Shown here: one piece after another, positions 16,804-26,666 of the stretch
Numbering within the stretch: position 1 is the first letter of the stretch
How the letters are laid out: each line of letters begins with the position of its first letter
Origin: Clostridia bacterium
GTDB lineage: Bacteria; Bacillota; Clostridia; Oscillospirales; Acutalibacteraceae
Assembly (NCBI GenBank): GCA_017410605.1
Contig: JAFQQN010000005.1
Location: forward strand, 108,741-172,740
Direction: 5' to 3'
Length of the DNA: 64,000 nt
The notes under the pieces: model-generated
Database searches by the model: none
What the model saw: the letters and a program-made list of their open reading frames with translations, nothing else
What the model was told of the DNA's origin: nothing
Position numbers and translations under genes: made by a program

Positions 16804-18294
16804 TTAATTGTGATAAAGCTTTTTGGTTTGATATTTTGGCTCGTAGGTAATATTAACACCCAATTTACGGAAAACATTTTCGTCTACTGAGGAGAGAATT
16901 ACCGAGGAATGAGCCTCACAGCCCCTAAGCTTTGAAAGCTGTTCAACCGCCTTTGCGGCCAATGGGTCACTAGCCCCACAAATTGAAAGAGCTATTAAAA
17001 CCTCGTCGGTGTGAAGTCTGGGGTTATGGTTGCCCATATAACCGGTTTTAAGCTTTTGAATAGGCTCAATTATAACGTGGGAAATAATATTAATGTTGTC
17101 ATCAATACCGGCTAGTTCTTTCAGAGCGTTAAGCAGTACAGCCGCAGAGGAACCTAAAAGCGAAGAGGTTTTTCCGGTGATGATTTTGCCATTATCAAAC
17201 TGCAAGGCAACGGCGGGGGCACCGGTTTGCTCGGCCTTGTCGAGAGCCGCTTTAACAACAGGGCGGTCGGCTGTTGTTATACCAACCTGACCCATCAAAA
17301 GTTCAAGCTTGGCCACCTCAGCCTTTTCAGAGGTGCCTTGCCTAACACCGCAACAAGCCGAATAGAACCTGCGAAGGATTTCCTGCTTAGAGGCATTATT
17401 AACAGCCTCATCATCAAAAATGCAGTACCCTGCCATATTTACACCCATATCAGTAGGACTTTTATAGGGTGATTTGCCCATTATGCGCTCCATCATAGCG
17501 TTTAAAACAGGAAAAATTTCAATATCTCTGTTATAGTTTACGGTGGTTTCACCGTAAGCCTCTAGGTGATAAGAGTCAATCATATTAACATCGTTAAGGT
17601 CGGCGGTAGCGGCCTCATAGGCTAAATTAACCGGAGATTTTAAAGGTATGTTCCATATTGGGAAAGTTTCAAACTTAGCATAACCGGCCTGAACTCCGCG
17701 CTTATTTTCGTGATAAAGCTGAGAAAGGCAGACAGCCATTTTACCGCTTCCCGGACCTGGTGCAGTAACCACAACCAAGGAACGCTCGGTTTCAATAAAA
17801 TCGTTTTTGCCAAAACCGTTATCACTAACTATTAGGGGGATATTTGAGGGATAATCTTCAATAGGATAATGCTTATAAACCTTAACACCCAAAGAAGACA
17901 GGCGTTTTTCAAATTTATCTGCCGCCGGCTGAGAGTTATAGCAGGTTATTACAACACTACCAACAAAAAGTCCAATACCTCTAAAGGCATCAATAAGACG
18001 AAGAGTGTCCATATCATAGGTTATACCCAAATCGCCCCGGCGCTTATTTGCTTCAATAGCATCTGCATTAATTACTATAACAATTTCGGCCTGGTCTTTA
18101 AGTTGAAGAAGCATTTTAACCTTACTGTCGGGCTTGAAACCGGGCAAAACACGGGCAGCATGATAATCGTCAAACAGCTTACCGCCAAACTCCATATAAA
18201 GCTTACCGCCGAATTTGTCAATCCTATCGCGTATCTTTTGAGATTGAAGCTTTATATATTTATCATTATCAAAACCGATTTTGCTCATTTTCAC
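16804..18294 (-). CDS. DUF1846 (UPF0371) family protein
   Basis: 496 aa. FDNDKYIKLQSQKIRDRI...LYMEFGGKLFDDYHAARVLPGF is characteristic of the family. Confidence 0.8.
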   Translation of the reverse strand: MKMSKIGFDNDKYIKLQSQKIRDRIDKFGGKLYMEFGGKLFDDYHAARVLPGFKPDSKVKMLLQLKDQAEIVIVINADAIEANKRRGDLGITYDMDTLRLIDAFRGIGLFVGSVVITCYNSQPAADKFEKRLSSLGVKVYKHYPIEDYPSNIPLIVSDNGFGKNDFIETERSLVVVTAPGPGSGKMAVCLSQLYHENKRGVQAGYAKFETFPIWNIPLKSPVNLAYEAATADLNDVNMIDSYHLEAYGETTVNYNRDIEIFPVLNAMMERIMGKSPYKSPTDMGVNMAGYCIFDDEAVNNASKQEILRRFYSACCGVRQGTSEKAEVAKLELLMGQVGITTADRPVVKAALDKAEQTGAPAVALQFDNGKIITGKTSSLLGSSAAVLLNALKELAGIDDNINIISHVIIEPIQKLKTGYMGNHNPRLHTDEVLIALSICGASDPLAAKAVEQLSKLRGCEAHSSVILSSVDENVFRKLGVNITYEPKYQTKKLYHN

Positions 18295-18310
18295 TATGCT
18301 CCTTACAATA

Positions 18311-18344
18311 AAAAACGCTCAAGAAAAGTGCTGAGCGTTTTTTA
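18311..18344. terminator. Terminator after pncB
   Basis: AACGCTCA / TGAGCGTT stem flanked by A- and T-runs. Confidence 0.6.
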
Positions 18345-18423
18345 AAATTTCCACTAAACAAGTATACTACAAAAAAATATATCTTTCAAGCAGAAAATTA
18401 ATATTTTGTTAACTTTTTTATTT

Positions 18424-19866
18424 TTAACGGAAAGAATGTTTTTTAAGCATTGAAAGCCGCTCGTCCCAAAGGTTCTGAGAAAGGTCAACATAATATGAGT
18501 GGGGTTTTTCAAAACGCTTAACCTCGTCCCAAAGGGTTTCAACCTCTTTTTTGCAATATTCGGCTATCTCACTAAGGGTGGGGCTTTTATAAACACACTC
18601 ACCCTTATCAAAAATTCGTACAGCTAAAGGCCTTGCTGTAAAATTCTCTACCCTTTTTCGTTTCCATGTGTGGTCGGGGTCGAAAATCTCATAAGGTTTT
18701 GACTCGTCTATTGTTTCGTGATGAAGAGTAATAACATCAGCAATAGCCTTGCCACTATCATTATCAAAAAGGCGCCATACCCTTTTAAAGGATGGGATTG
18801 TTATTTTGGCCGTGTTTTCACTCACCTTAATTTTAGGAATTATATTTCCCTGGTCATTCTGCACAGCCACAAGCTTATAAACTCCGCCAAAAACCGCCTC
18901 AGAGGAGGCTGTAATAAGCCTTTCACCAACACCAAAGGTATCAACCGCCGCCCCTTGAACAAGCATATCCCTTATAAGATATTCATCTAATGAGTTTGAA
19001 ACGCATATTTTACAATCGGGGTAACCGGCATCATCTAACATTTTACGCACCTTTTTAGTAAGGTATGTAATATCGCCACTGTCAATTCTTACCCCCAAAG
19101 GCCTTTTTCCCATAGGCTTTAAAACCTCATCAAAAACCTTAATAGCATTAGGTATTCCCGATTTTAAAACATTAAATGTATCAACCAAAAGCATACAGCT
19201 GTCGGGATATTGTTTTGCATAAATTTTGAAAGCCTCATATTCGCTTGAAAACATCTGAACCCAGCTATGGGCCATAGTTCCGCTTGGCTTAGAGCCAAAA
19301 TCCTTAGCGGATTTAACACAGGAGGTTCCGGCACAGCCGCCTATTACAGCCGCTCTTGCCCCTAACACCGCCGCGTCATAGCTATGGGCTCTTCGGGCGC
19401 CAAACTCTAAGACAGCCCTGCCCTCGGCCGCGCGTGAAATGCGGTTAGCCTTGGTGGCAATAAGGGATTGATGGTTTACGGTAAGTAAAACCATTGTTTC
19501 TATTAAAAAAGCCTCTAAAGCCGGGCCCCTGACAGTAACAATAGGCTCCTTTGGAAAAATTGGTGTACCTTCAGGTACGGCCCACACATCACAGGTGAAT
19601 TTAAAATTAGCAAGATACTCTAAAAATTCTTCACCAAAAAGGTTAAGGCTTCTTAAATATTCAATATCTTCCTTTTCAAAGCGCAAATTTTTTAAATATT
19701 CTATAAGCTGAGCTATGCCGGCCATAATTGCATATCCACCCTCGTCAGGAACGCGGCGGAAAAACATATCAAAATAACAAACTGCGTCTTTATCCTTAGA
19801 ATAAAAAATTCCATTAGCCATTGTAAGCTCATAGAGGTCCATAAGCATTGTTAAATTTTCTTTCAT
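18424..19866 (-). CDS. pncB: Nicotinate phosphoribosyltransferase
   Basis: Start set at MKENLTMLMDLYELTMANG, with an AGGAAG SD. Full-length NAPRTase similarity. Confidence 0.9.
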   Translation of the reverse strand: MKENLTMLMDLYELTMANGIFYSKDKDAVCYFDMFFRRVPDEGGYAIMAGIAQLIEYLKNLRFEKEDIEYLRSLNLFGEEFLEYLANFKFTCDVWAVPEGTPIFPKEPIVTVRGPALEAFLIETMVLLTVNHQSLIATKANRISRAAEGRAVLEFGARRAHSYDAAVLGARAAVIGGCAGTSCVKSAKDFGSKPSGTMAHSWVQMFSSEYEAFKIYAKQYPDSCMLLVDTFNVLKSGIPNAIKVFDEVLKPMGKRPLGVRIDSGDITYLTKKVRKMLDDAGYPDCKICVSNSLDEYLIRDMLVQGAAVDTFGVGERLITASSEAVFGGVYKLVAVQNDQGNIIPKIKVSENTAKITIPSFKRVWRLFDNDSGKAIADVITLHHETIDESKPYEIFDPDHTWKRKRVENFTARPLAVRIFDKGECVYKSPTLSEIAEYCKKEVETLWDEVKRFEKPHSYYVDLSQNLWDERLSMLKKHSFR

Positions 19867-19897
19867 AACTTTTTCACTTCCTATACAATTGCTTAAC

Positions 19898-19928
19898 AAA
19901 AAAGACTGTTCAAAGAACAGTCTTTTTT
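19898..19928. terminator. Bidirectional terminator
   Basis: AAGACTGTTC / GAACAGTCTT stem flanked by A- and T-runs. Confidence 0.7.
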
Positions 19929-19931
19929 AAA

Positions 19932-20303
19932 TTATTCTTCCTCGGCTTGGTCTTCTGGGGTTTCTTCTTCTGCAAAAACAACATCAGAAACCACAACATT
20001 AACCTTGGTTACAGCACTGCCGGTCATACCCTGAAGCTTTTCTTTAACCCCAAGCTGAACCTTTTCTGCAACCTCGCCAACCTTACGGTCTTCGGCAACC
20101 TTTATATAAATTGTTATATTGATAATGCCATGCTCTGTATTAACAGAAACAGATTTTGTGTTGCCGTTTTTTTGAATAATGCTTTTTATTGTTATAGGGC
20201 GAAGACCCAAAGAGGCAACACCGGGTGTTTCCGAAGCAGCCATTTCTGCCATACGGGCAATAACATCATTATTAATAGCCAGGCCTATATTATTATTGTT
20301 CAT
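19932..20303 (-). CDS. Asp23/Gls24-family stress protein
   Basis: 123 aa with ARMAEMAASETPGVASL and a ...VNVVVSDV core. Confidence 0.85.
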   Translation of the reverse strand: MNNNNIGLAINNDVIARMAEMAASETPGVASLGLRPITIKSIIQKNGNTKSVSVNTEHGIINITIYIKVAEDRKVGEVAEKVQLGVKEKLQGMTGSAVTKVNVVVSDVVFAEEETPEDQAEEE

Positions 20304-20372
20304 AGTTAGCCTCCTGAAAATATGTATAATAATTACTTGTTTATATTATACCATATTTTTTGGAAAGTACAA

Positions 20373-20942
20373 CTATTTAATTGCAACAATTTTAATTTTT
20401 TCTAAAGAAAAATCTGTTTGTGAGGTTACTGCGTCTTGAATTTGCAGTGTTTGACTTGCCAAAAGCTCTTCGGATTTCACAATAACGGTTATATTATCTT
20501 CCCCTATAACAGCCACAGCCTCTTCAAAGCCCTTTGCCTTAACAAGGCTTTCTATTGCGTTTTCCTTTTCAATTTCACCTGCTATTTCGGCTATTTTTTC
20601 ATTAGCTTTAGCCTTATCTCCCTCGCTTGCTTTAACATCGTTTGCCGTTTCTTTAAGAAGAGCCAAAGCCTCATCTCTCGCCTTTTTGCGGTCACTTCTG
20701 GCTGTTGTAAAATAATCTGCCTGTGGCGCGGCAGTTTCAGTAACCTCCTGTTCGGTTTCATTGGCAACATATTGGGTATCGCCCAGGTTTTTGTCTGAAA
20801 CCGATGATGTATTATTATTCGTTCCAACGAAGCCGCCTGCTCCTGAGGAATATTCCATATTAAGCCATACTGCACCGGCCAAAGCCAACATAAGCCCAGC
20901 CATTAACACCTGTTTTTTGCCGAAAACTTTTTTCTTTTTCAT
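20373..20942 (-). CDS. spoIIIAH: Stage III sporulation protein AH
   Basis: Last gene of the spoIIIA cluster. N-terminal TM segment, with DYFTTARSDRKKARDEAL typical of AH. Confidence 0.8.
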   Translation of the reverse strand: MKKKKVFGKKQVLMAGLMLALAGAVWLNMEYSSGAGGFVGTNNNTSSVSDKNLGDTQYVANETEQEVTETAAPQADYFTTARSDRKKARDEALALLKETANDVKASEGDKAKANEKIAEIAGEIEKENAIESLVKAKGFEEAVAVIGEDNITVIVKSEELLASQTLQIQDAVTSQTDFSLEKIKIVAIK

Positions 20943-20985
20943 TAAATTATCTCCTTATTTGATAAATTTTATGTAAATCAAGCCT

Positions 20986-21534
20986 TTATTTGGCCTGTGA
21001 TATACTTATTTTTCTGGAGGAAATATCCAGCATAGAGGTAATAGAAGCAATAATACTTTCTTCGGTTTGAGCATTTATTCCGGTACAAACAATAGCTACA
21101 CCTCTAATAATTGGCTTTTTCTCGGTTATTATGAGGGGGCTTTCGCCGCCGTCGCTGTTTTTAACTATAATATACTCCTCACTGCTTTTAACGCTTTCCT
21201 CATTGGCTATACTCTCCCCCTTATTATCCTCAGAGCGGTTACTATCGGTTGTGTTTTGGTTAGCATAAACATATTCCAAACCCGTTTCAAGGGTTACCGC
21301 AACTACAGGAGATTTATCCCCCGTTACAGCCGTAACAATCTGGCTTATTTTCTCCTCCAGTCGGGCGGAATATTCACTGTCGTTTTCTTTTATTACCGTA
21401 GTACCTTCTTCCTTTGGTTTTATTCCCGAGGAAATTAAAATTAAAACTACCCCAACCGCCGCAAGAATAATAAATATACCATTCTTTTCTCCTGACATAA
21501 GTTTTTCCTTTAATTTATTTATCAACTCTTTCAT
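20986..21534 (-). CDS. spoIIIAG: Stage III sporulation protein AG
   Basis: Position in the operon, an N-terminal TM segment, and a C-terminal ring-forming-domain-like PIIRGVAIVC sequence. Confidence 0.8.
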   Translation of the reverse strand: MKELINKLKEKLMSGEKNGIFIILAAVGVVLILISSGIKPKEEGTTVIKENDSEYSARLEEKISQIVTAVTGDKSPVVAVTLETGLEYVYANQNTTDSNRSEDNKGESIANEESVKSSEEYIIVKNSDGGESPLIITEKKPIIRGVAIVCTGINAQTEESIIASITSMLDISSRKISISQAK

Positions 21535-21950
21535 TGTTCCACCGCCGTTATGCCTGTTTCTTCCTTTATGATTTTTGACGCTAAATCAAACTGTTCATCC
21601 TTTTCAAGGGTTAATAATACCCTTTTAATACTTATGCTGCCGTCTTTCGTTTTATCCGTATCAAGCTCTATTTTTATAGGGCGAATATGGTTTTTTAAAA
21701 GTATTTGTGATATGGCAACCGTGACAGTAGAGTCTGCTATTTTAGTTTCTGTCTGTTCTATGTTGCCTTCGGTATCTAAATTAAAATCTACATTAAAATC
21801 TGCCGACAAAACTGCAACAATTAAAGAAGAAATAAAAAATATGCCCAAAGCATATTTCATAACCTTTTCCATTTTTCCTTTTGGGCACAAAAAGAAAAGC
21901 GCGGCCGATATTACACATATTACCGTTATAGAAAGTATTATTCCCTTCAC
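21531..21950 (-). CDS. spoIIIAF: Stage III sporulation protein AF
   Basis: I prefer the GTG start at 21950, which overlaps the spoIIIAE stop. The ORF-track version extends to 22034. Confidence 0.7.
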   Translation of the reverse strand: MKGIILSITVICVISAALFFLCPKGKMEKVMKYALGIFFISSLIVAVLSADFNVDFNLDTEGNIEQTETKIADSTVTVAISQILLKNHIRPIKIELDTDKTKDGSISIKRVLLTLEKDEQFDLASKIIKEETGITAVEQ

Positions 21951-23068
21951 TAGCCTACCCCCGAAACTACTGCTACCGAGATAATATAAAGCATACCTAT
22001 AAATACGGTACTGCCAAGCAAAATGGTAACACAAAAATCAATAGACTCAAAAACCGTAGCTATGCCCTTTATTTCAAAGAAGTCTGCCACCAAGCGGCAA
22101 ACAGCAAAGCTAAGACGCCAACAAAAAAGGCTTATTACCATTGGCAAAAGAATTGCGGCTATGGCTATAATACCGTAAATTCCTATGCCACTTTTTAATA
22201 TTCCAAGGCTACCCCTGGCGGTATTAAGAGTTTCGGCCAAGGTAGGCCCCATAATTGGAAACACACCTGTTATAATTGTTTTCGAGGCTCTAACGGCTAT
22301 ATTATCCCCAGCGGCGGCCACAGCAGTTTGCATTCCCAAAACAGAGGAAAAAACTCCCGATGCAATTCCTAAGAACCATAAAACCCCTTTTTTAATATAT
22401 CCGCACAGCCTTACAACGCCCCCTAAAGGTGATATACCTGCGCCCAGCCCTAAGCACATAACCGAAGTTGCCGCAGGAACCAAAATATAAGAAGACAGCA
22501 AAGACATTGCATCTAAGGACATAATAAGCATTGTAGAGGCACCGGCTGAGGTTGCTGTATAACCGAACGCCGTGATAACCCCACAAAGGCAAGGAATAAA
22601 AACAACCAAAAAAGAGCTTAAAGCCTGAAGCACCGCACTACATCCCGTTAACAACTGATATAAGCTGTTAAAATAGACTAAGACTACCGAGAATATAATA
22701 AATATGTTATATGCGCCATAATTTTCTTCTAAGGGAACTGTGGCATTAATTAAAGAAAAAATCATAATTATGCCTACAGCCGAAAGGGTAATTTTAAAGG
22801 GTTCTTTAATGCCGTTTTTAAAGCAGTTTATAATTACTGTAATAATGCTTTTAAAATCAGGTGGCGAAAACTCTTCTGCCGAAGAAATATTAAGACCAAT
22901 ATCTTCTAAAATTTTTTTAGCACTATTATCTAAAGCATCATAGCTTTCCCTTACCTCTGAGGCTGAAAACTGTTCTTCATAATAATCATCTAGTTGCTCG
23001 GCGCAAACATTAGAACAAAGTAAGGTAGTAAATAAAATCATCAGCGAAAATAGTTTGATAAATTTCAT
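21950..23068 (-). CDS. spoIIIAE: Stage III sporulation protein AE
   Basis: 372 aa polytopic membrane protein in the conserved operon position. Confidence 0.85.
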   Translation of the reverse strand: MKFIKLFSLMILFTTLLCSNVCAEQLDDYYEEQFSASEVRESYDALDNSAKKILEDIGLNISSAEEFSPPDFKSIITVIINCFKNGIKEPFKITLSAVGIIMIFSLINATVPLEENYGAYNIFIIFSVVLVYFNSLYQLLTGCSAVLQALSSFLVVFIPCLCGVITAFGYTATSAGASTMLIMSLDAMSLLSSYILVPAATSVMCLGLGAGISPLGGVVRLCGYIKKGVLWFLGIASGVFSSVLGMQTAVAAAGDNIAVRASKTIITGVFPIMGPTLAETLNTARGSLGILKSGIGIYGIIAIAAILLPMVISLFCWRLSFAVCRLVADFFEIKGIATVFESIDFCVTILLGSTVFIGMLYIISVAVVSGVG

Positions 23069-23072
23069 ATTT

Positions 23073-23462
23073 TCACCGCATTAAAGAAGAGGCTAGTTCT
23101 AAAACCTTATTTATAAGCGGAAGTGTTAGAATAAAAACCGCCGCTCTGCCGCCAAGCTCTACTCTTCCGGCAAGAGATGTTTGTCCAAAATCTGCACACA
23201 GCTCTGATGCAAATTTTGTTATATAACAAATTCCAAAGGCCTTTAGAACATAAAAAATAAGATTAGACTCTACACCGTACTCCTCGAGTCTTCCAAGCAA
23301 AGACTTAAGGGGAGAAATAACATTTAAAAAAATATACCCCAAAAGCATTGCGCAGACCACGGCTGATAAAAACAAAGCATATTCTGGTTTGCTTTCCCGT
23401 AAAAAAACAATAAGCACAAGAGCCACCAAAACAAAAGCAACCGTTTTAAGCATAGCAGTCAC
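23073..23462 (-). CDS. spoIIIAD: Stage III sporulation protein AD
   Basis: 129-aa membrane protein. Operon order supports the call. Confidence 0.85.
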   Translation of the reverse strand: MTAMLKTVAFVLVALVLIVFLRESKPEYALFLSAVVCAMLLGYIFLNVISPLKSLLGRLEEYGVESNLIFYVLKAFGICYITKFASELCADFGQTSLAGRVELGGRAAVFILTLPLINKVLELASSLMR

Positions 23463-23657
23463 CTACAACCCAAAAAGGTCTTTTATTGTGTCGAAAAGCT
23501 GTGCTATAACCTGAACCACCATAAACAGAACAACAACCAAGCCTGCAAGGGTAGTAAGCATTGCCTGATCCTCTCTGCCGGATCGTGTTAATAGTTGATT
23601 AAGCACTGCAACTATTATGCCTATAGCGGCTATTTTAAAAACAAAATCTATATCCAT
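23463..23657 (-). CDS. spoIIIAC: Stage III sporulation protein AC
   Basis: 64 aa. MDIDFVFKIAAIGIIVAVLNQLL... Confidence 0.85.
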   Translation of the reverse strand: MDIDFVFKIAAIGIIVAVLNQLLTRSGREDQAMLTTLAGLVVVLFMVVQVIAQLFDTIKDLFGL

Positions 23658-23715
23658 TTTACAATCCTTTCCGCTCGGGATTTAGCAGAAAACCGTTTTT
23701 ATTCTTATTGATTTT

Positions 23716-24213
23716 CTATATAAGTATAATAAATATTACGGCACTCAGAGCCATAGAAAGCCCCAAACTAAGCCTACTTTTTTCTGTTTTGACCGACTCT
23801 TCCTTGGTTTTGATTCGTTCAAATTCTGTAAAATAAAATTCACAAAGCTCTATTTGTCCCTTTATATCGCTTTGTCCAAGGCTGGCAAAAAATTCACTGA
23901 GAAGAAAAATCTCATCTTCCTTTAAAAGAGCGGGTTTTATTTTTTTCAAAGCTTCTAATATGTCGTTATAGTTTCTTTTTTTCATAACCGACCTTATTAT
24001 AAGCTTTACATCTTTTGAAAAGCCCGGCTGTGAATGTAAAAATGAAAGAAGCCTATCAAGCTCTGTTTGTGTAAAGCGTATTCGCTCTTTTACGGTTAAA
24101 ATAAGCTGAACTATCTCTATAAGCAGGGTGGTTCTTCGGTTTAGGTGTATATATTGCCCTATACCCCAAGAAACAGGTATGACCGATAACAGTAAAATTC
24201 CCAACAGCTTCAT
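23716..24213 (-). CDS. spoIIIAB: Stage III sporulation protein AB
   Basis: 165 aa. Operon order supports the call. Confidence 0.8.
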   Translation of the reverse strand: MKLLGILLLSVIPVSWGIGQYIHLNRRTTLLIEIVQLILTVKERIRFTQTELDRLLSFLHSQPGFSKDVKLIIRSVMKKRNYNDILEALKKIKPALLKEDEIFLLSEFFASLGQSDIKGQIELCEFYFTEFERIKTKEESVKTEKSRLSLGLSMALSAVIFIILI

Positions 24214-25157
24214 TTGGTTATTTCAAGGCCGTTGGCATTATAAACCTCATAATTAAAGCCGTCTTTTTTATTACAAAACACAACCCTGTTAATTGCTCCT
24301 GTTTCAAGCAAGGCTCTGGTCTGAAGTTTTTTGCCAAGCTCCGTTACACTTCCTATATGGGCTGAGGTTATAACCGAAACCCCCGAATTCATACTTTGTT
24401 TTACCGCCTCTACCTCTGCAACATCCCCCACCTCATCAAAGGCTATAATATCGGGATAAAGGGTTCTAAGGGCTATTTCTATTCCCTTTGGTTTAGGACA
24501 AGAGGTTATTACGTCGGTGGTGCTTCCCAGGTCTGCGGTGGGAACGCCACCCTTTACGGCGGCAAGTTCTCCCCTGGTATCTACAACGGCCACCTTATAA
24601 AAACGGCCGGTCATTCCTCCGGCTAGGTGGCGAACCATATCCCTTATAAGGGTAGTCTTTCCGCTTCCCGGACCTCCGCACACCAAAATTCCACCACCGT
24701 CATAATCTTTAATTACATTTCCGGCACAAAACTTAACCTCTTTAGCTATTCTAAGGTTTATAGAAGAAATATCCCTGACAGAGCTTATTCCGCCGTCAGC
24801 ACCAACAAAGGTACCGCAAATTCCTGCGCGGTGCCCCTCTTCAAGCATAATATAACCTTCCTTTATTTCTTCACTATGGGAATATACCGAATGGTTACAA
24901 AGCTCTCTAAAGGTTTGCTCTATCTCTTCGGCCGAAACAATTAGCATATCTGCCTTAGGAAGCATTGAGGTACCGTTTTTCAGAATGAAAAATTGGCTAT
25001 TCCCCACCGTTATGGTAAGGGGTCGCCCGGCTCTAAGCCTTATTTCTTCTGCAGAATATTTAAGCTCTTTTTCTAACCTAATTAGTCTTGCAGAAATTCT
25101 TTCAGGCAGATAATGTAAAACGCTATCAAATCTTTTTAGTGAATAATCCTTGTCCAT
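24210..25157 (-). CDS. spoIIIAA: Stage III sporulation protein AA (ATPase)
   Basis: GGPGSGKTT Walker A motif. First gene of the operon. Confidence 0.9.
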   Translation of the reverse strand: MDKDYSLKRFDSVLHYLPERISARLIRLEKELKYSAEEIRLRAGRPLTITVGNSQFFILKNGTSMLPKADMLIVSAEEIEQTFRELCNHSVYSHSEEIKEGYIMLEEGHRAGICGTFVGADGGISSVRDISSINLRIAKEVKFCAGNVIKDYDGGGILVCGGPGSGKTTLIRDMVRHLAGGMTGRFYKVAVVDTRGELAAVKGGVPTADLGSTTDVITSCPKPKGIEIALRTLYPDIIAFDEVGDVAEVEAVKQSMNSGVSVITSAHIGSVTELGKKLQTRALLETGAINRVVFCNKKDGFNYEVYNANGLEITK

Positions 25158-25187
25158 TTTATTTCTCCTTGCGGTAAATTCTAATTA

Positions 25188-25215
25188 AATATATGTTTAA
25201 AAGAAAAATAATAGA
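25188..25215 (-). promoter_or_regulatory. Possible SigE-type promoter of spoIIIA
   Basis: Minus strand CATATATT (-10-like, compared with CATACA-T), with TCTATTA 13 nt upstream. The match is weak. Confidence 0.3.
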
Positions 25216-25252
25216 ACAAAAAATAGCACCCGAGAAAATCTCGGATGCTATT
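25216..25252 (-). terminator. Terminator after nagB
   Basis: TAGCATCCGAG / CTCGGGTGCTA stem (1 mismatch) plus a T-run on the minus strand. Confidence 0.6.
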
Positions 25253-25268
25253 TGGATTAATAATGATT

Positions 25269-25979
25269 TTAGTTTTCGCTGAAAATTACCGTTACATCGG
25301 GGTGGAGCTGAAGAATGGAAGCGGGTACCTTGGGTGTAATCTCACCATACATTGCCTTTTCTAAAATTTCTTTTTTGTTGCTACCATTAGCAATAAGAAG
25401 AATTTTCTTTGCCTGCATAATAGACATCATACCCATTGTAATAGCTTTTCTGGGAACCTCGTCCATAGAAACGAAGAACCTTGCATTTGCCTCAATGGTA
25501 GAGGGGTCTAAGGTTACAGGGTGAGTAGCGCCTACAAAAAATTCGTCCGGCTCATTAAAGCCAATGTGACCATCAAGGCCAATTCCTAAAAGTTGAAGGT
25601 CTATTCCGCCCAAATCAGCAATAAGCTTGTCATAATTCTTACCCTCTTCTTCAAGGTTCTCAGCACAGCCGTTGGGAACATAGGTGTTTTCAGGAATGAT
25701 GTTGACATGATTAAAGAGGTTTGTATTCATAAAATAGCGGTAGCTTTGGTCGTTCTCACCGGTAAGACCAACATACTCGTCTAAATTAACCGAAGTAACT
25801 GTAGAAAAATCTAAATCGCCGTTATTGCAATACTCGATAAGCTTTTTGTAGGTTCCTACAGGAGAAGAACCTGTAGCAAGACCTAAAACGCAGTTAGGCT
25901 TTGAAATAACCTGTGAAGCAATAATGTTAGCTGCCTTACGGCTTAACTCTTCGTAAGAATTAACAGTGATAAATCTCAT
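25269..25979 (-). CDS. nagB: Glucosamine-6-phosphate deaminase
   Basis: 236 aa with LGLATGSSP and GIGLDGHIGFNEP motifs. Confidence 0.9.
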   Translation of the reverse strand: MRFITVNSYEELSRKAANIIASQVISKPNCVLGLATGSSPVGTYKKLIEYCNNGDLDFSTVTSVNLDEYVGLTGENDQSYRYFMNTNLFNHVNIIPENTYVPNGCAENLEEEGKNYDKLIADLGGIDLQLLGIGLDGHIGFNEPDEFFVGATHPVTLDPSTIEANARFFVSMDEVPRKAITMGMMSIMQAKKILLIANGSNKKEILEKAMYGEITPKVPASILQLHPDVTVIFSEN

Positions 25980-26003
25980 AATATACCTTCCTTAAATTAA
26001 GTT

Positions 26004-26666
26004 TTATTTGCGAATAACTATATTTTGCATACTTTTAACTATGCAGTTTTCGGGCAGAACCCCTCTTACAGAGGTTAGGGGATATACAGAAGTGTTTTTT
26101 CCTATTACCGTACCGGGGTTCAAAACACAGCCACAGCCTACATCTGCCTCGTCACCCAAAATTCCACCTATTTTTCTAAGACCGGTTTCGTAGTTCTCAT
26201 CGCCCTTAATTACAACGGATTTTCCGTCTGCTTTAAGGTTAGAGCAAATAGAGCCTGCGCCCATATGAGCATGATTACCCAAAACCGAATCACCAACATA
26301 ATTATAATGAGGCACCTGAACTTTGTCAAGTAAAACTGCATTTTTCATTTCGGTTGAATTGCCGATAACGCAGTCTTTTCCTGTTATTACAGCGCCCCTT
26401 ATAAAAGCACCAGGGCGAATTTCACAACCCTCACCAATAATAGTAGGGCCAATAAGGGTAACATTGGGATAAATTTTTACACTGTTATGAACCCACACAT
26501 CTTTTTCTATTTCGTTATACCCGTCAAGACCGTTGGCTATAAGTGTTTTTATATAGTCTTTTATTTTGGGCAACATCTCCCAAGGATACTCTGCCTCATC
26601 AAAAAGTGGCTTTAAATAAGGTGTTTCACAACAAAAAAGGTCACAAGTTTTTACTTTTTTATTCAA
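26004..26666 (-). CDS. Left-handed beta-helix (hexapeptide-repeat) transferase-like protein
   Basis: Hexapeptide repeats (IGEGCEIRPGAFIRGAVITGKDCVIGNS...). It resembles the C-terminal half of GlmU / sugar-nucleotidyl-transferase proteins. Confidence 0.6.
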   Translation of the reverse strand: MNKKVKTCDLFCCETPYLKPLFDEAEYPWEMLPKIKDYIKTLIANGLDGYNEIEKDVWVHNSVKIYPNVTLIGPTIIGEGCEIRPGAFIRGAVITGKDCVIGNSTEMKNAVLLDKVQVPHYNYVGDSVLGNHAHMGAGSICSNLKADGKSVVIKGDENYETGLRKIGGILGDEADVGCGCVLNPGTVIGKNTSVYPLTSVRGVLPENCIVKSMQNIVIRK

